42,029 nucleotides of DNA from Promethearchaeota archaeon. Its GTDB lineage: Archaea; Asgardarchaeota; Lokiarchaeia; Sigyniarchaeales; SOKP01. The stretch spans positions 1 to 42,029 of the forward strand of contig JAHLWP010000037.1 in NCBI GenBank assembly GCA_019057865.1, given 5' to 3'. How positions within the stretch are numbered: position 1 is the first letter of the stretch; each line of letters opens with the position of its first letter. Position numbers and translations under genes: made by a program. Shown in pieces: positions 15,798-25,756 of this stretch. A model generated the notes under the pieces. It saw nothing but the letters and a program-made list of their open reading frames with translations, was not told where the DNA came from and searched no databases.

Positions 15798-17882
15798 ATG
15801 TACAGACAGAAAATGATTAGAACCGTAAAGAAATTTTCCAATTTTGATGTATATGCTATTGTTAAAGAATTAGATTTGATTTTATCAAATGGTTCGATTT
15901 CTAATGTCTATGAAGTTGAAGATTTATTGGTATTAAAAATTAATACTCAACAAGGTAGAAAAAATTTAATCGTTAAAGAAGATTCTCGGATTAATTTAAC
16001 TGAATATGATTATCCAGTTCCTAAATATCCAAGTCAATATATTATGTCTTTAAGAAAATTCTTAAAAAATAAACGAATTTTAAGAGTTTCTCAATACAAC
16101 TTTGATAGGATAGTTATTATTAAGTTAAGCAATAGTGAAGCAGAACCTTGGAAGTTTATTATTGAACTCTTTAATAAAGGTAATTTTTTGGTGGTAAATG
16201 AGAATAATATTATTAAAATTGCTAAAAAATACAAAAGATTTAAGGATCGTAATGTTTTAGCTAACAAAGAATATGTTTTCCCAAAATCACGAGGGCTTGA
16301 TTTTTTAAATATAAATAAAGACACTTTTAAAGAATTGTTGAAATTAGATACAGATGTGGAATTAGTAAGATATTTAGCAAGAAATATAAACATTGCAGGT
16401 TTTTATAGTGAAGAAATATGTTATAGAGCAGAAATAGATAAAAATTTAGTTGGTGCGGATTTATCTGAGGATGATGTAGAAAAATTATATAACTCTTTTA
16501 AAAAATTAAGAAATGATTTACTCTTTGGGAAGATCGATAGTAAAATTATATATGATAATAATGGTAATGAGATTTCTGTTCTTCCTTTCGAATTAAAATT
16601 GTTTAAAGATTATGAACAAAAAAAATTTGAATCTTTTAATAAAGCCGTAGATGAATTTTTCTCAAAATTAGATTCAGAAAGAATAATCATTCCTTATAAT
16701 CAAAAAATTTTAGAACAAATCAAATCACATAAAAAAATCTTAAAGAATCAACAAGAATATCTAGAAGAACTTAAAATTAAAAAGAAAAAATATTATACGT
16801 ACGGAGATTACATTTATTCCAATTTTAGTGTGTTAGACAAGTTATTTGTTGTAATCCTAAATGCAAGAAAAAAAGGATACGATTGGGAAGAAATTAATAA
16901 TGAGCTACAAAAAGCTAAAATGAAGAGTTTAGAAGATGTCTATATTTTCGAGAAGTTAATACCCTCAACTAAGCAAATGCTCATTAAGATTAATAATGAT
17001 GAAGTTTATTTAGATTTAAAAAAAAGTATTGGTGAAAATGCTAATTTAATTTACTCTAAAGGAAAAAAAGCAGATAAAAAGATAAAAGGTACTATAGTAG
17101 CTATTGAAAAAACTAAAGCAAGTATTGAAAACTTAAAACTTGAGAAAGAATCTATGGAAGCTGAAGTTGATTTCTTAATAAAAAAACCAAAAAAAAAATG
17201 GTATGAAAAATTCAGATGGTTCTTCTCATCAGATGGATTTCTAGTAATTGGAGGAAGAGATGCCTCATCCAATGAAATTCTATTTAAGAAATATATGGAT
17301 TCAAAGGATCTAATATTTCATACAAATTTTCCTGGATCTCCATTAACTGTTATTAAAAATCCTGAAAATAAGGAAATTCCTGAAATAACTATTAATGAAA
17401 CAGCTAACTTTGTAGCAAGCTATTCACGTGCATGGAAGGAAAATTGGGGTATGGTTGATGTTTTCTATGTGAACGCCTCACAAGTTTCAAAAAGCCCACC
17501 TTCAGGTGAATTTTTACCAAAAGGTTCTTTTATCATTTCAGGTAAAAAGAAATTTATTAAGAATGCAAAAACAGAGCTAGCAATTGGATTAAATATTATA
17601 GAAATCAGCCCTAATTTAGAAGATAAGGGTGGAATTCTTTATCCTAAATTGATCTGCGGGCCTTTATCAGCAATTCAAATACAAACAAATTATTTTGCAT
17701 TAATAATACCATCAAAATCAGATGGTTTAACAAAAGGAAAATTAGCTCAAAAAATAAAATTCTACTTTATTAACCATGTTGATAACAAATTAAAAAAATG
17801 GATAAAATTATTGAAAGTTGATGAAATATTACTTTGTTTACCAAGTGGGCTATCAACAATTAAATCAAGGTCTTCATTTTGA
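15798..17882 (+). CDS. rqcH: Ribosome quality control protein Rqc2/NEMF/RqcH (NFACT family)
   Basis: LRKFL, QYNFDRIV, IELF.KGN, WYEKFRWF.SSDGFLVIGGRDA..NE, QVSKSPPSGEFLPKGSF.I.G. Confidence 0.93.
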   Translation: MYRQKMIRTVKKFSNFDVYAIVKELDLILSNGSISNVYEVEDLLVLKINTQQGRKNLIVKEDSRINLTEYDYPVPKYPSQYIMSLRKFLKNKRILRVSQYNFDRIVIIKLSNSEAEPWKFIIELFNKGNFLVVNENNIIKIAKKYKRFKDRNVLANKEYVFPKSRGLDFLNINKDTFKELLKLDTDVELVRYLARNINIAGFYSEEICYRAEIDKNLVGADLSEDDVEKLYNSFKKLRNDLLFGKIDSKIIYDNNGNEISVLPFELKLFKDYEQKKFESFNKAVDEFFSKLDSERIIIPYNQKILEQIKSHKKILKNQQEYLEELKIKKKKYYTYGDYIYSNFSVLDKLFVVILNARKKGYDWEEINNELQKAKMKSLEDVYIFEKLIPSTKQMLIKINNDEVYLDLKKSIGENANLIYSKGKKADKKIKGTIVAIEKTKASIENLKLEKESMEAEVDFLIKKPKKKWYEKFRWFFSSDGFLVIGGRDASSNEILFKKYMDSKDLIFHTNFPGSPLTVIKNPENKEIPEITINETANFVASYSRAWKENWGMVDVFYVNASQVSKSPPSGEFLPKGSFIISGKKKFIKNAKTELAIGLNIIEISPNLEDKGGILYPKLICGPLSAIQIQTNYFALIIPSKSDGLTKGKLAQKIKFYFINHVDNKLKKWIKLLKVDEILLCLPSGLSTIKSRSSF

Positions 17883-18617
17883 TTTAATCCACTGTTTTAT
17901 TTTAGAAATGTTTTTATAATTATCAAATAAAATACCATCAATCCCTATATTAATCAAGGATTTAATGAGTTTTATTGGATTTTCACTTACAATAAAATCC
18001 CAGGATAATGATAAAATTTCATTCTTATGACAGGTTTCAATAAACTCAGATGAAACCAGGCTTGATCTTAAACTAATTATATCTGGCTTGAAAATTAACT
18101 TTTTTTGTGCGCCTTGCTTTAAGAAATCATCTAACTTGAACTCTTGTGCTTTAGTAATATTATAACATAATCTACATTTGGGTAATTTAGCTTTCATTAG
18201 TTTTAAGACATGCATATCTCGCCCACTGATAATAGGTTCTTCTATTAAATCATTTTCTTTAATTAATTTTGTTATTTCATCATGTAAATGTTCTTCCTTT
18301 AATTCAATCATGAATTTTATTCTTCTATTTAACAGTTTTAAAACTTCAGACAATAATGGAATTGGTTCTTGACATTTTTTTGTTTTTATTGTCTTAAGTT
18401 CATCGTAGTTATGGTTATCTAATCGTCCTGCTCCATAAGTCATTCTATCTAACGTGGAATCATGCATAATAATTAATTGCCCATCTTTTGTTTTCCGCAC
18501 ATCCAATTCAATATAATTTGCTCCATATTCTATTGCTTTCTCAAAGGCATTTATTGTATTTTCATCAAAATCGGTTCTTGTTCCTCTATGTCCAATATAT
18601 AAGAATTCAGATTTCAT
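17874..18617 (-). CDS. Glycerophosphodiester phosphodiesterase
   Basis: GHRG, ENT..AF, ELDV..TKDG...MHD..LDR, IELK motifs. Confidence 0.92.
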   Translation of the reverse strand: MKSEFLYIGHRGTRTDFDENTINAFEKAIEYGANYIELDVRKTKDGQLIIMHDSTLDRMTYGAGRLDNHNYDELKTIKTKKCQEPIPLLSEVLKLLNRRIKFMIELKEEHLHDEITKLIKENDLIEEPIISGRDMHVLKLMKAKLPKCRLCYNITKAQEFKLDDFLKQGAQKKLIFKPDIISLRSSLVSSEFIETCHKNEILSLSWDFIVSENPIKLIKSLINIGIDGILFDNYKNISKIKQWIKSK

Positions 18618-18641
18618 TATTTTAAGAATATCTTAATTCTT

Positions 18642-19058
18642 TTAAATCTCTTGGATTAAATACAAATAGATTAAGATAATTATAATTCCTAAAACAGTAA
18701 ATATAAAAACCCAGAGATTTAAAATAGATTGGCCCAAAGATAAAACTATGAGAAATAAAAATTCTCTCCAACTAATAGGTTTCCCAACTATTTCTTTATA
18801 ATTTCCAATACTAACCATCATAAAGAAGAAAAATAATAAAATAACACTAGTTTTAATCAATACATCTACTATGTCCAATAATACATTTTTATCCATAAAA
18901 ACAGTAAGGATCTCTATATTAAAGAAAATTGATATAGTTAAAAATATACCTCCTAAAATAACAGAAATAATCACGGATCTATAAGCAAATTTCTCGTTAA
19001 AAGCTTTTTTGGCTTTAGAATTTGCCTTTTTATTTGAGAGTTTAGAAATTTTTGACAT
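18642..19058 (-). CDS. Hypothetical multi-pass membrane protein
   Basis: Three to four hydrophobic helices. Confidence 0.7.
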   Translation of the reverse strand: MSKISKLSNKKANSKAKKAFNEKFAYRSVIISVILGGIFLTISIFFNIEILTVFMDKNVLLDIVDVLIKTSVILLFFFFMMVSIGNYKEIVGKPISWREFLFLIVLSLGQSILNLWVFIFTVLGIIIILIYLYLIQEI

Positions 19059-19059
19059 T

Positions 19060-19860
19060 TTATTGACGATACCTTTCCATAATTTCCTTTAGTTTTATAA
19101 TTCTATAAATATAAAATCCATATAAAATTACAGCAAGACTGAAAATAACTATAGCAGAAATAAAAATTGTTAGTTTTAAAAGAGGTATTTCAATTCTGGG
19201 AGGATTCTTTATATTAATTAAAAAAATACTGCTTTTCATAATTCCTTGAGGATAACTGAGAGTAAGTCCATATGTTATATTAAAAGCGAAAAGCTCACCA
19301 TACTCCAAATAAACATCTTCATCAATACTTCCTTGAGGATTATTTATTGGAATAGAAAATTCATAAGTAGAAGTTTCACCTTCCAATTTTGCAGCTCCAT
19401 TGCCATTTGATGCAGAATCAGGAATAAAAACACTATGATTTATAAAATAATCAAAATAGTCGAATTCATTTTCAGTTATATTAGAAAATTGAATAATTTT
19501 TGCATCTATAAAATCTTTTATATCTTCAGAAGAACTATTTGAAATTAAAATCCCTACAAATTCACTCGTTCTATTTATCACTTCAGATTCTAATTCAATT
19601 TGAACTGCAATATATAGTTTTGAACTGCTTTGCATTACCCATAAATTAATTGGTAAATCAGTTAAGTTCGTCTGAATTTTATATGATTCATCCCATTCGT
19701 TGGCAAATGAATCAATCTCCCCATCAATAGTAGGAGCTTTGCCAAAGTTAGGATCAATTTCTTCCAAAGCACCATGACAAGGTATTGTGAAAAGTACTGA
19801 AATGAAAAATATATTAATAATAAATATAAATAATAAAATTTTAAGAATTAGTTTCCTCAA
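19060..19860 (-). CDS. Secreted, membrane-anchored protein with a CBM9/DOMON-like beta domain
   Basis: N-terminal signal/TM, APTIDGEID...EW, LYIAV and YEFSIP motifs, C-terminal TM with basic tail. Confidence 0.65.
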   Translation of the reverse strand: MRKLILKILLFIFIINIFFISVLFTIPCHGALEEIDPNFGKAPTIDGEIDSFANEWDESYKIQTNLTDLPINLWVMQSSSKLYIAVQIELESEVINRTSEFVGILISNSSSEDIKDFIDAKIIQFSNITENEFDYFDYFINHSVFIPDSASNGNGAAKLEGETSTYEFSIPINNPQGSIDEDVYLEYGELFAFNITYGLTLSYPQGIMKSSIFLINIKNPPRIEIPLLKLTIFISAIVIFSLAVILYGFYIYRIIKLKEIMERYRQ

Positions 19861-20030
19861 GATATTATTGCCACGTAATTATAATTTAATTCATCATCCT
19901 TTTAATTAAATATTAAAATTGAAAATTTAATTTAATATTTTTTCTTTATTTTCTTCAAAAAAAAAATATTGAGTCAAAAGAATATCTTTTGCTAGATTAA
20001 ATTTTTTTTTAAAAAATCGAGAAAATTAGT

Positions 20031-20480
20031 TTAAATTAGATGATTTGGAAGTAGGATTATACATTTAAACTTCTTTAAGTAGGTCACAATATAGTTTATT
20101 AAACGTTTTATTTCACGTCTAGCTTCTGATGCAACATTACTATTATAATTAGCAAATGACTTTGGTCCAATGGCTACTAAAATCCCAGATAAATCTTTTT
20201 CTCTTTTTATAAAGAGCCAAAATGGTCTTTTTTTTTCATTTTCTTTAACCATAAGAAGCATCCATGGATTATAAGTCCAATCGTCATTATTGGGACCCAG
20301 TACTTTCTCAATTGCTCTTCCAGTAAAATAATTTCTAGTTATTTTAATTGTTTTAGCTAGAGCATTAAAATAGCTTCTTTTTATTTTTAAATACCCACCA
20401 AAATAGGTTTTGGCATCAAATAATTTGACATCTCTATTTGTCCCATCAGAAAATTTTAATAAAACTTTCCATAGATTCAT
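20031..20480 (-). CDS. Hypothetical protein
   Basis: 149-aa ORF, 2 bp from the upstream gene in the rnp3-rnp2 run. Confidence 0.7.
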   Translation of the reverse strand: MNLWKVLLKFSDGTNRDVKLFDAKTYFGGYLKIKRSYFNALAKTIKITRNYFTGRAIEKVLGPNNDDWTYNPWMLLMVKENEKKRPFWLFIKREKDLSGILVAIGPKSFANYNSNVASEARREIKRLINYIVTYLKKFKCIILLPNHLI

Positions 20481-20482
20481 AA

Positions 20483-20923
20483 TTAAGTTTTATTGGTTGG
20501 TTTTAAGCTAATTTCTTGTAACTTTATTTCTTTAAATATATTTTTAATTTTATCTAAAGCTGTTTTTAAATCTTCACTTTTATTTTCAGAAAAATTTGTG
20601 TTTAAATAACACTCATATAATAGTTTTCCTTCTTTTAATAAAAAGCCGGATGTATGAATAATTTGGAAATTTTTAAGAATTTTTGTAAGTTCTTCAAAAA
20701 TCTTATTACGTACATTTAAACCACTTAAATTTAATTTAATAATTTTCTCCTTATTTATAGGATAGATTGTTAATTTCATAGAATTTTCAAATTTTGATTG
20801 AATTACTAATAGAAAGGGGAAATTATCACTATTTTTAATATCTACTAATGGTATATTAATAGAAACTTCTAGTTTCTCTTTAATTTGCTTAATATAGGCA
20901 GTTGTTAAATTTTTCTCATTCAT
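20483..20923 (-). CDS. Hypothetical protein, possible C-terminal ACT-like fold
   Basis: 146-aa ORF with an alternating beta-alpha pattern (IIHTSG...YECYL). Confidence 0.65.
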   Translation of the reverse strand: MNEKNLTTAYIKQIKEKLEVSINIPLVDIKNSDNFPFLLVIQSKFENSMKLTIYPINKEKIIKLNLSGLNVRNKIFEELTKILKNFQIIHTSGFLLKEGKLLYECYLNTNFSENKSEDLKTALDKIKNIFKEIKLQEISLKPTNKT

Positions 20924-20947
20924 AATCTTAATTTTACTAAAATATCC

Positions 20948-21295
20948 CTAAGTTCTTTTATTTTTGTTCATTATTAAATTTTTTATTCTAATTATTGATT
21001 TTATTGTTCCGGAGGTTTTTAAAGGAGATAATATTACCCTCTTTCCATTAATTTGTTGTACAAGGCTTAAAGCTGAAATTATTATATATTTAGTTTGATG
21101 AGAACATCTAATTATCCCATATTCTTTTTCGAAATTAAGGTTAATTATCCATAATCCAATTTTATTAGCAATCTTCATACCAAAATACCTCCAAATTGAT
21201 TGCCAAATTGAATTTATGACCTCTTTTTGTCCAAATCTTATATCTGGCTCTTTTATTATTTTGAATAAAATATATCTTTGTCTTTCTCTCTTCAC
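20948..21295 (-). CDS. rnp2: RNase P protein component Pop5/Rpp14
   Basis: RERQRYILF, GIIRCSH, TSGTIKS motifs; 1-nt overlap with the rnp3 stop. Confidence 0.92.
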   Translation of the reverse strand: MKRERQRYILFKIIKEPDIRFGQKEVINSIWQSIWRYFGMKIANKIGLWIINLNFEKEYGIIRCSHQTKYIIISALSLVQQINGKRVILSPLKTSGTIKSIIRIKNLIMNKNKRT

Positions 21296-22023
21296 TAGTT
21301 CAATTCTCCTCCTTTAATTAATCTAATCCCCGATTCAATACTATTATTATTTTTTCTATTTTGGATTTTTTCTATTAGTAATTTTGGATTATCCATAAAA
21401 CTCTTTTTAGCACTATTCAAAGGAATATCTAAGAGTGAATGACAAATGCTTAGAAGAGATCTAGGATGTCTCAAATCAAATAATTCATCAAAATTTCCAC
21501 TTATAATAATATTTGCTTTCGATTTATAAGCTAATTGTATAAATTTATATAAAAATCTGAAATTTTTTGATTGAAGAGCCTTATTTCTCACCATAATCGG
21601 AGCTAAAGAAAATTCTATGAAAGAATTATTTTGTTTGGTTAATGAAATTACTCCTTGACTGAGCGTTTTCAGTATATTTTCATCAGAAAAAGATACAATA
21701 TCAACTCTAGAATCTCTTGCAGCATTAATTTGAATTTCTTTATCTTTAGATTCAACAGAAAGAATATAAGGAAAGTTATTATAGTTCTTTATAGCATTTT
21801 TGAAATCATTTACACTATTAGGGGTTAAGTTATATCGAAAGTAAATATTTAATTTCGTTTGATGAATTATTTTTTCTCTTAATTCAAATGATATCTGTTT
21901 GAAAGTATTTACAGGCTCTAAAATTAGATTTCTAATGCCTAATTTCTTACAAAATTCCAATTTCTTTTCTATTTCATCAAAATCTTTAATATTTACTTTT
22001 AATCTAGATTCGAAATAAGGCAA
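21295..22023 (-). CDS. rnp3: RNase P protein component Rpp30
   Basis: AARDSRVDIV, IEFSLAPI, IIISG......LRHPR motifs; adjacent to pop5. Confidence 0.88.
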   Translation of the reverse strand: MPYFESRLKVNIKDFDEIEKKLEFCKKLGIRNLILEPVNTFKQISFELREKIIHQTKLNIYFRYNLTPNSVNDFKNAIKNYNNFPYILSVESKDKEIQINAARDSRVDIVSFSDENILKTLSQGVISLTKQNNSFIEFSLAPIMVRNKALQSKNFRFLYKFIQLAYKSKANIIISGNFDELFDLRHPRSLLSICHSLLDIPLNSAKKSFMDNPKLLIEKIQNRKNNNSIESGIRLIKGGELN

Positions 22024-22150
22024 AAAAATAAAAAACCTCTAAAATCCATTAAGAAATTTATCAATTACTTTAAGATTTCTAATCATAAATATAATAAAAA
22101 ATTTTTATTATAATTAAACATTAAAAATGTTATCTTTTTTAAAATTTTAA

Positions 22151-23449
22151 GTGTTTCTTTTGGTTAAAAAAAGGAATCTCTCAGAAATCAAAAAAAAAAT
22201 TAAAGATGGAACAGCAATTGTTATAACTGTTCAAGAGTTAATAGATCAAATAAGCGAAGGAGAAAAAGTACAATTTGAAGATGTAGATGTTATAACAACA
22301 GCTACTAAAGGTCTTATGAGTGGAATTATGGGTGTTTTTTCTTTCAGACTGTCACCACCAAAAACTTTAAGAAAATTTACTGAAGTTTCCATTAATGGAA
22401 TTCTAACTTATCCGGGCCCTTGTCCAAATGAGTATTTAGGAATCGTTGATTTAATTGTATATGGAACAGCACAAAGCAAAACACAGAAAAATTATTGCGG
22501 AGGTTCTCTTTTTAGAGAATTGGTTGAGGGAAAAAAATTTGAAATCGTCGCAAGTAGTAGTGAAGGAGAAGAGATTAAAAAAGAAATGACATTGGAGGAT
22601 ATGCAATTTGCTAAATTAATGGGAACAAGACAAGCTATAAAAAATTATAATGCAATGATTAATTGTGAAACATACAAAGTTGATACTATTTTTTCTTGCC
22701 AACCATTTGAACCAGATAAAACTCAAATTACATTTTCTGGATGTGGTGCTCTAAATCCTTTCCAAAATGACCCTAATTTTGAGTCATTTGGTGTTGGGTC
22801 TCCAATTTTAGTAAATGGAAGCATTGGATATTTAATGGGTCCAGGAACTCGAAATTATATCGAAAAACCAAACATGATGACTATAGCCCCAATGCTAGGG
22901 ATGCGCCCAGAATACATGGGAGCTTTTAAAACTTCTTATGGATTAGAACCAATTTGCAGTATAGCAGCTCCTATTCCGATATTAAATGAAAAAATATTCA
23001 ATTATGTCGTGAAATCAGATAAAGATGTACAATTAACAATATTAAGTCTTGTAGGTAGAGAAAAAGTTGGTGAAATCACTTATGGAGATGTTTGGGATAA
23101 TAATTTTCTTATGAAATTCGATTCTAATGCATGCAAGAAATGTGATAAATGTAAAATCTTAGATATTTGTCCAACAAATGCATTCATAATAGAAAATGGA
23201 ATTATTTCTGCTATAGATAGAACACGATGCTTTAATTGTGGAACGTGTGTACAATTATGTCCAGATGCTTTTAAACTAGACTTAAAGACCATTGAGTTTG
23301 AGAGAAAAGAAATTCCCATCGTTTTAAGACAATCTGATAGACATGGAGCAATTAAACTTGCAGAACAATTAAAAGCAATGATTCTTAAAGGAAACTTTCC
23401 ATTAAAAAACCCGACAGGTGAATTAGATTTCGCTGAAAGTGTAAAATAA
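22151..23449 (+). CDS. DUF39 (homocysteine biosynthesis-like) plus 4Fe-4S ferredoxin protein, methanogenesis marker 16-like
   Basis: DVDVITTATKGLMSG, GPCPNE.LG..DLIVYGT, FSGCG.LNP.QNDP, CKKCDKC...CP and CFNCGTCVQLCP. Confidence 0.82.
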   Translation: MFLLVKKRNLSEIKKKIKDGTAIVITVQELIDQISEGEKVQFEDVDVITTATKGLMSGIMGVFSFRLSPPKTLRKFTEVSINGILTYPGPCPNEYLGIVDLIVYGTAQSKTQKNYCGGSLFRELVEGKKFEIVASSSEGEEIKKEMTLEDMQFAKLMGTRQAIKNYNAMINCETYKVDTIFSCQPFEPDKTQITFSGCGALNPFQNDPNFESFGVGSPILVNGSIGYLMGPGTRNYIEKPNMMTIAPMLGMRPEYMGAFKTSYGLEPICSIAAPIPILNEKIFNYVVKSDKDVQLTILSLVGREKVGEITYGDVWDNNFLMKFDSNACKKCDKCKILDICPTNAFIIENGIISAIDRTRCFNCGTCVQLCPDAFKLDLKTIEFERKEIPIVLRQSDRHGAIKLAEQLKAMILKGNFPLKNPTGELDFAESVK

Positions 23450-23475
23450 AATATAAATAAATTTGAGATCGAAAT

Positions 23476-23919
23476 ATGTCAGTTTTAAAAGTTGAAAAAT
23501 TTGATCAAATTGGAATTGTTGTAAAAAATATCGAATCTGCAGCAGGTATACTTGGAAGTCTTTTAGATTTAAAATCTAAAATAAATATAGTTGAACAAAC
23601 ATCAGAAGTAGTTTATAAAGGAAAAAAAGTATCTTATAAAATGAGAAAAATAATACAAAACTTCAGTGGTAAGCAATTTGAAATTGTTGAATTAGTAGAA
23701 TCTACGGGGGATCATTTGTATTTAGAGTTTCTTAGAGAGGGCAACGTAGGTTTACATCATTTAGGAGTATATACTAAAAAAGCTGATGAGTTAATTGATC
23801 ATTTTAAAAAGAAATATAATATAGAGGTAATCCAGTCAGGAACAGTTGGGAAGTTAAGATTTGATTACTTAAATACTAAAAAGGAGCTTGGATTTTATTT
23901 AGAGTTAATTTCTTTTTAA
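23476..23919 (+). CDS. VOC/glyoxalase family protein (methylmalonyl-CoA epimerase-like)
   Basis: QIGIVVKNIE, EIVE, GLHHLG, ELI metal-binding pattern. Confidence 0.85.
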   Translation: MSVLKVEKFDQIGIVVKNIESAAGILGSLLDLKSKINIVEQTSEVVYKGKKVSYKMRKIIQNFSGKQFEIVELVESTGDHLYLEFLREGNVGLHHLGVYTKKADELIDHFKKKYNIEVIQSGTVGKLRFDYLNTKKELGFYLELISF

Positions 23920-23984
23920 TTAGAAACAAAGGTAAAAATCCTTCTTTTAAAAAAATTTAATTTTCATTTTTAATACTACTTTAT

Positions 23985-25721
23985 ATGTCAAAACAAGTTA
24001 AAGATGGCGGGGATTTACTTGTTACTTGCCTTTTAAATGAAGGTATTACAAAAATGTTTGGTCTTGTTGGTGGAGAATTACTACGAATTTATGATGCTGT
24101 TGAGAGATGGGCTCGTGAAGAAGGAATTGATACGGTCATGGTTCGACATGAACAAGCAGGAGGACATATGGCTGATGCTTGGGCAAGAGCAACGGGAGAG
24201 GTTGGAGTGTGTCTTGGTACCGCAGGACCCGGTGTTTCACATCTTATACCTGCGGTTGCAGCAGCAAATGCAGATTCAATCCCAATGTTAGTTATTGGTG
24301 CTCAGATCGCGCGAATGTTTGATGATACAGGAATTTTACAAGGGGGATTAGATCAGATGAGTTTAATGAAACCAATTACAAAATTGCAAATATCTGTTGA
24401 AGAACCTTACGAAATACCATTTGCAGTACAACGTAGTATGAAGGCGGCTATGTCAGGAAGAAGGGGACCAGTTTTTCTTGAACTAAGAGAAACTGCTTTA
24501 GTTAGGGAAGCTAAAGAGGAAAATTTCAAGAAGATTTTAAAACCAGAAAAATATCGACCTTTAAATAGATCTCTTGGCAATCCTGAATTAATAAATAAAG
24601 CCTTAGAATTTCTAACAACTGCTAAAAAGCCAATCATAATTGCTGGAGGTGGAGTTATTGCTTCTGAAGCCTCAGCGGATTTAATAAAATTATCAGAAAC
24701 TTATAATATACCTGCTTTAACAACTGTTATGGGAATTGGTGCAATTAGTTGTAATCAAAAAACATATGCAGGATCGTATCCTTTATCAAATACATTTCGT
24801 AGAGCAGCTTCAGAAGCAGACTTTGTATTATCAATTGGATGTAAGTGGGACTATACTACATTTTATGGAACAGCTCCTCTATGGAATCAAGACCAAAAAA
24901 TTATTCAGGTAGATATTGACATAAAAGAAATTGGAAAAAATAGACCCATTGATGTAGGTATTATAGGGGATGCTAAAGCTGTTATAATTCAATTACTTAA
25001 TGGCATGGAAGAAAAGCTTCCTAAAGAAAAGGTAACCAAATGGACTGAATGGAATGAATATTTACAAACAGCTCGAGAAAATGATAAAAATATAATTCAG
25101 AGTCTTTTAAAATCTAATAAAATCCCAATGAAACCAGAAAGGTTCATTGTTGAAGTATTGGAATTCATTCCACCAGAAACACAGTTAGTAATTAATGGTG
25201 GAGACATCGCTATTTTTACATATGGTCTTATATCAAATTTTCAAAGATATCCAAGGAGTACATTTACTTCAATTGGGATGGGACATTTGGGGGTAGACAT
25301 ATGTTATGCTATTGCTTCAAAACTAGCTAAACCAAATAAACCTGTTGTATGTATTACAGGGGATGGAAGCTTTTTGTTCAACGTTCAGGAATTGGAGACT
25401 GCTGTGAGATTGAATTTACCAATTATAATAATAATTGGGAATAATTGCGCTTGGGGAATGCTCAAAACCAATCAAAAAAATAATTTAAATAAGCGATATT
25501 GTGATGTTGATTTTCCACCCATTAATTATGCCGAGATTGCTAAGAGCTTTGGTTGTTATGGAGAAAAAATAGAAAAGCCAGAAGATATAAAACCAGCACT
25601 AAAAAGAGCAATGGATTCAAAAAACCCAGCAGTAATCGACGTTAGCATTGCCTTTGAGTCACCTCCAGCAGGAAAATTTTTAGGTTTATATAAAAAGAAT
25701 AAGGGCTTATTTGGAAAGTAA
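23985..25721 (+). CDS. Thiamine-diphosphate-dependent enzyme (acetolactate synthase-like / 2-hydroxyacyl-CoA lyase family)
   Basis: RHEQAGGHMADAWAR, GPGV, GPVFLE, TPP motif GDGSF...NN. Confidence 0.9.
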   Translation: MSKQVKDGGDLLVTCLLNEGITKMFGLVGGELLRIYDAVERWAREEGIDTVMVRHEQAGGHMADAWARATGEVGVCLGTAGPGVSHLIPAVAAANADSIPMLVIGAQIARMFDDTGILQGGLDQMSLMKPITKLQISVEEPYEIPFAVQRSMKAAMSGRRGPVFLELRETALVREAKEENFKKILKPEKYRPLNRSLGNPELINKALEFLTTAKKPIIIAGGGVIASEASADLIKLSETYNIPALTTVMGIGAISCNQKTYAGSYPLSNTFRRAASEADFVLSIGCKWDYTTFYGTAPLWNQDQKIIQVDIDIKEIGKNRPIDVGIIGDAKAVIIQLLNGMEEKLPKEKVTKWTEWNEYLQTARENDKNIIQSLLKSNKIPMKPERFIVEVLEFIPPETQLVINGGDIAIFTYGLISNFQRYPRSTFTSIGMGHLGVDICYAIASKLAKPNKPVVCITGDGSFLFNVQELETAVRLNLPIIIIIGNNCAWGMLKTNQKNNLNKRYCDVDFPPINYAEIAKSFGCYGEKIEKPEDIKPALKRAMDSKNPAVIDVSIAFESPPAGKFLGLYKKNKGLFGK

Positions 25722-25756
25722 AATCCAATTTTAATGATTTGAAAGAGAGAATAAAA

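Noticed and set aside
15743-15841. N-terminal 33 aa of the track ORF 15302..15841
   Set aside because: It overlaps the rqc2 start and the AT-rich divergent promoter; ATG 15742 is the more plausible start.
22151-23449. Evidence that the organism is a methanogen
   Set aside because: It rests on a single marker-like gene; the rest of the window points to an Asgard archaeon and no mcr/mtr genes are present.
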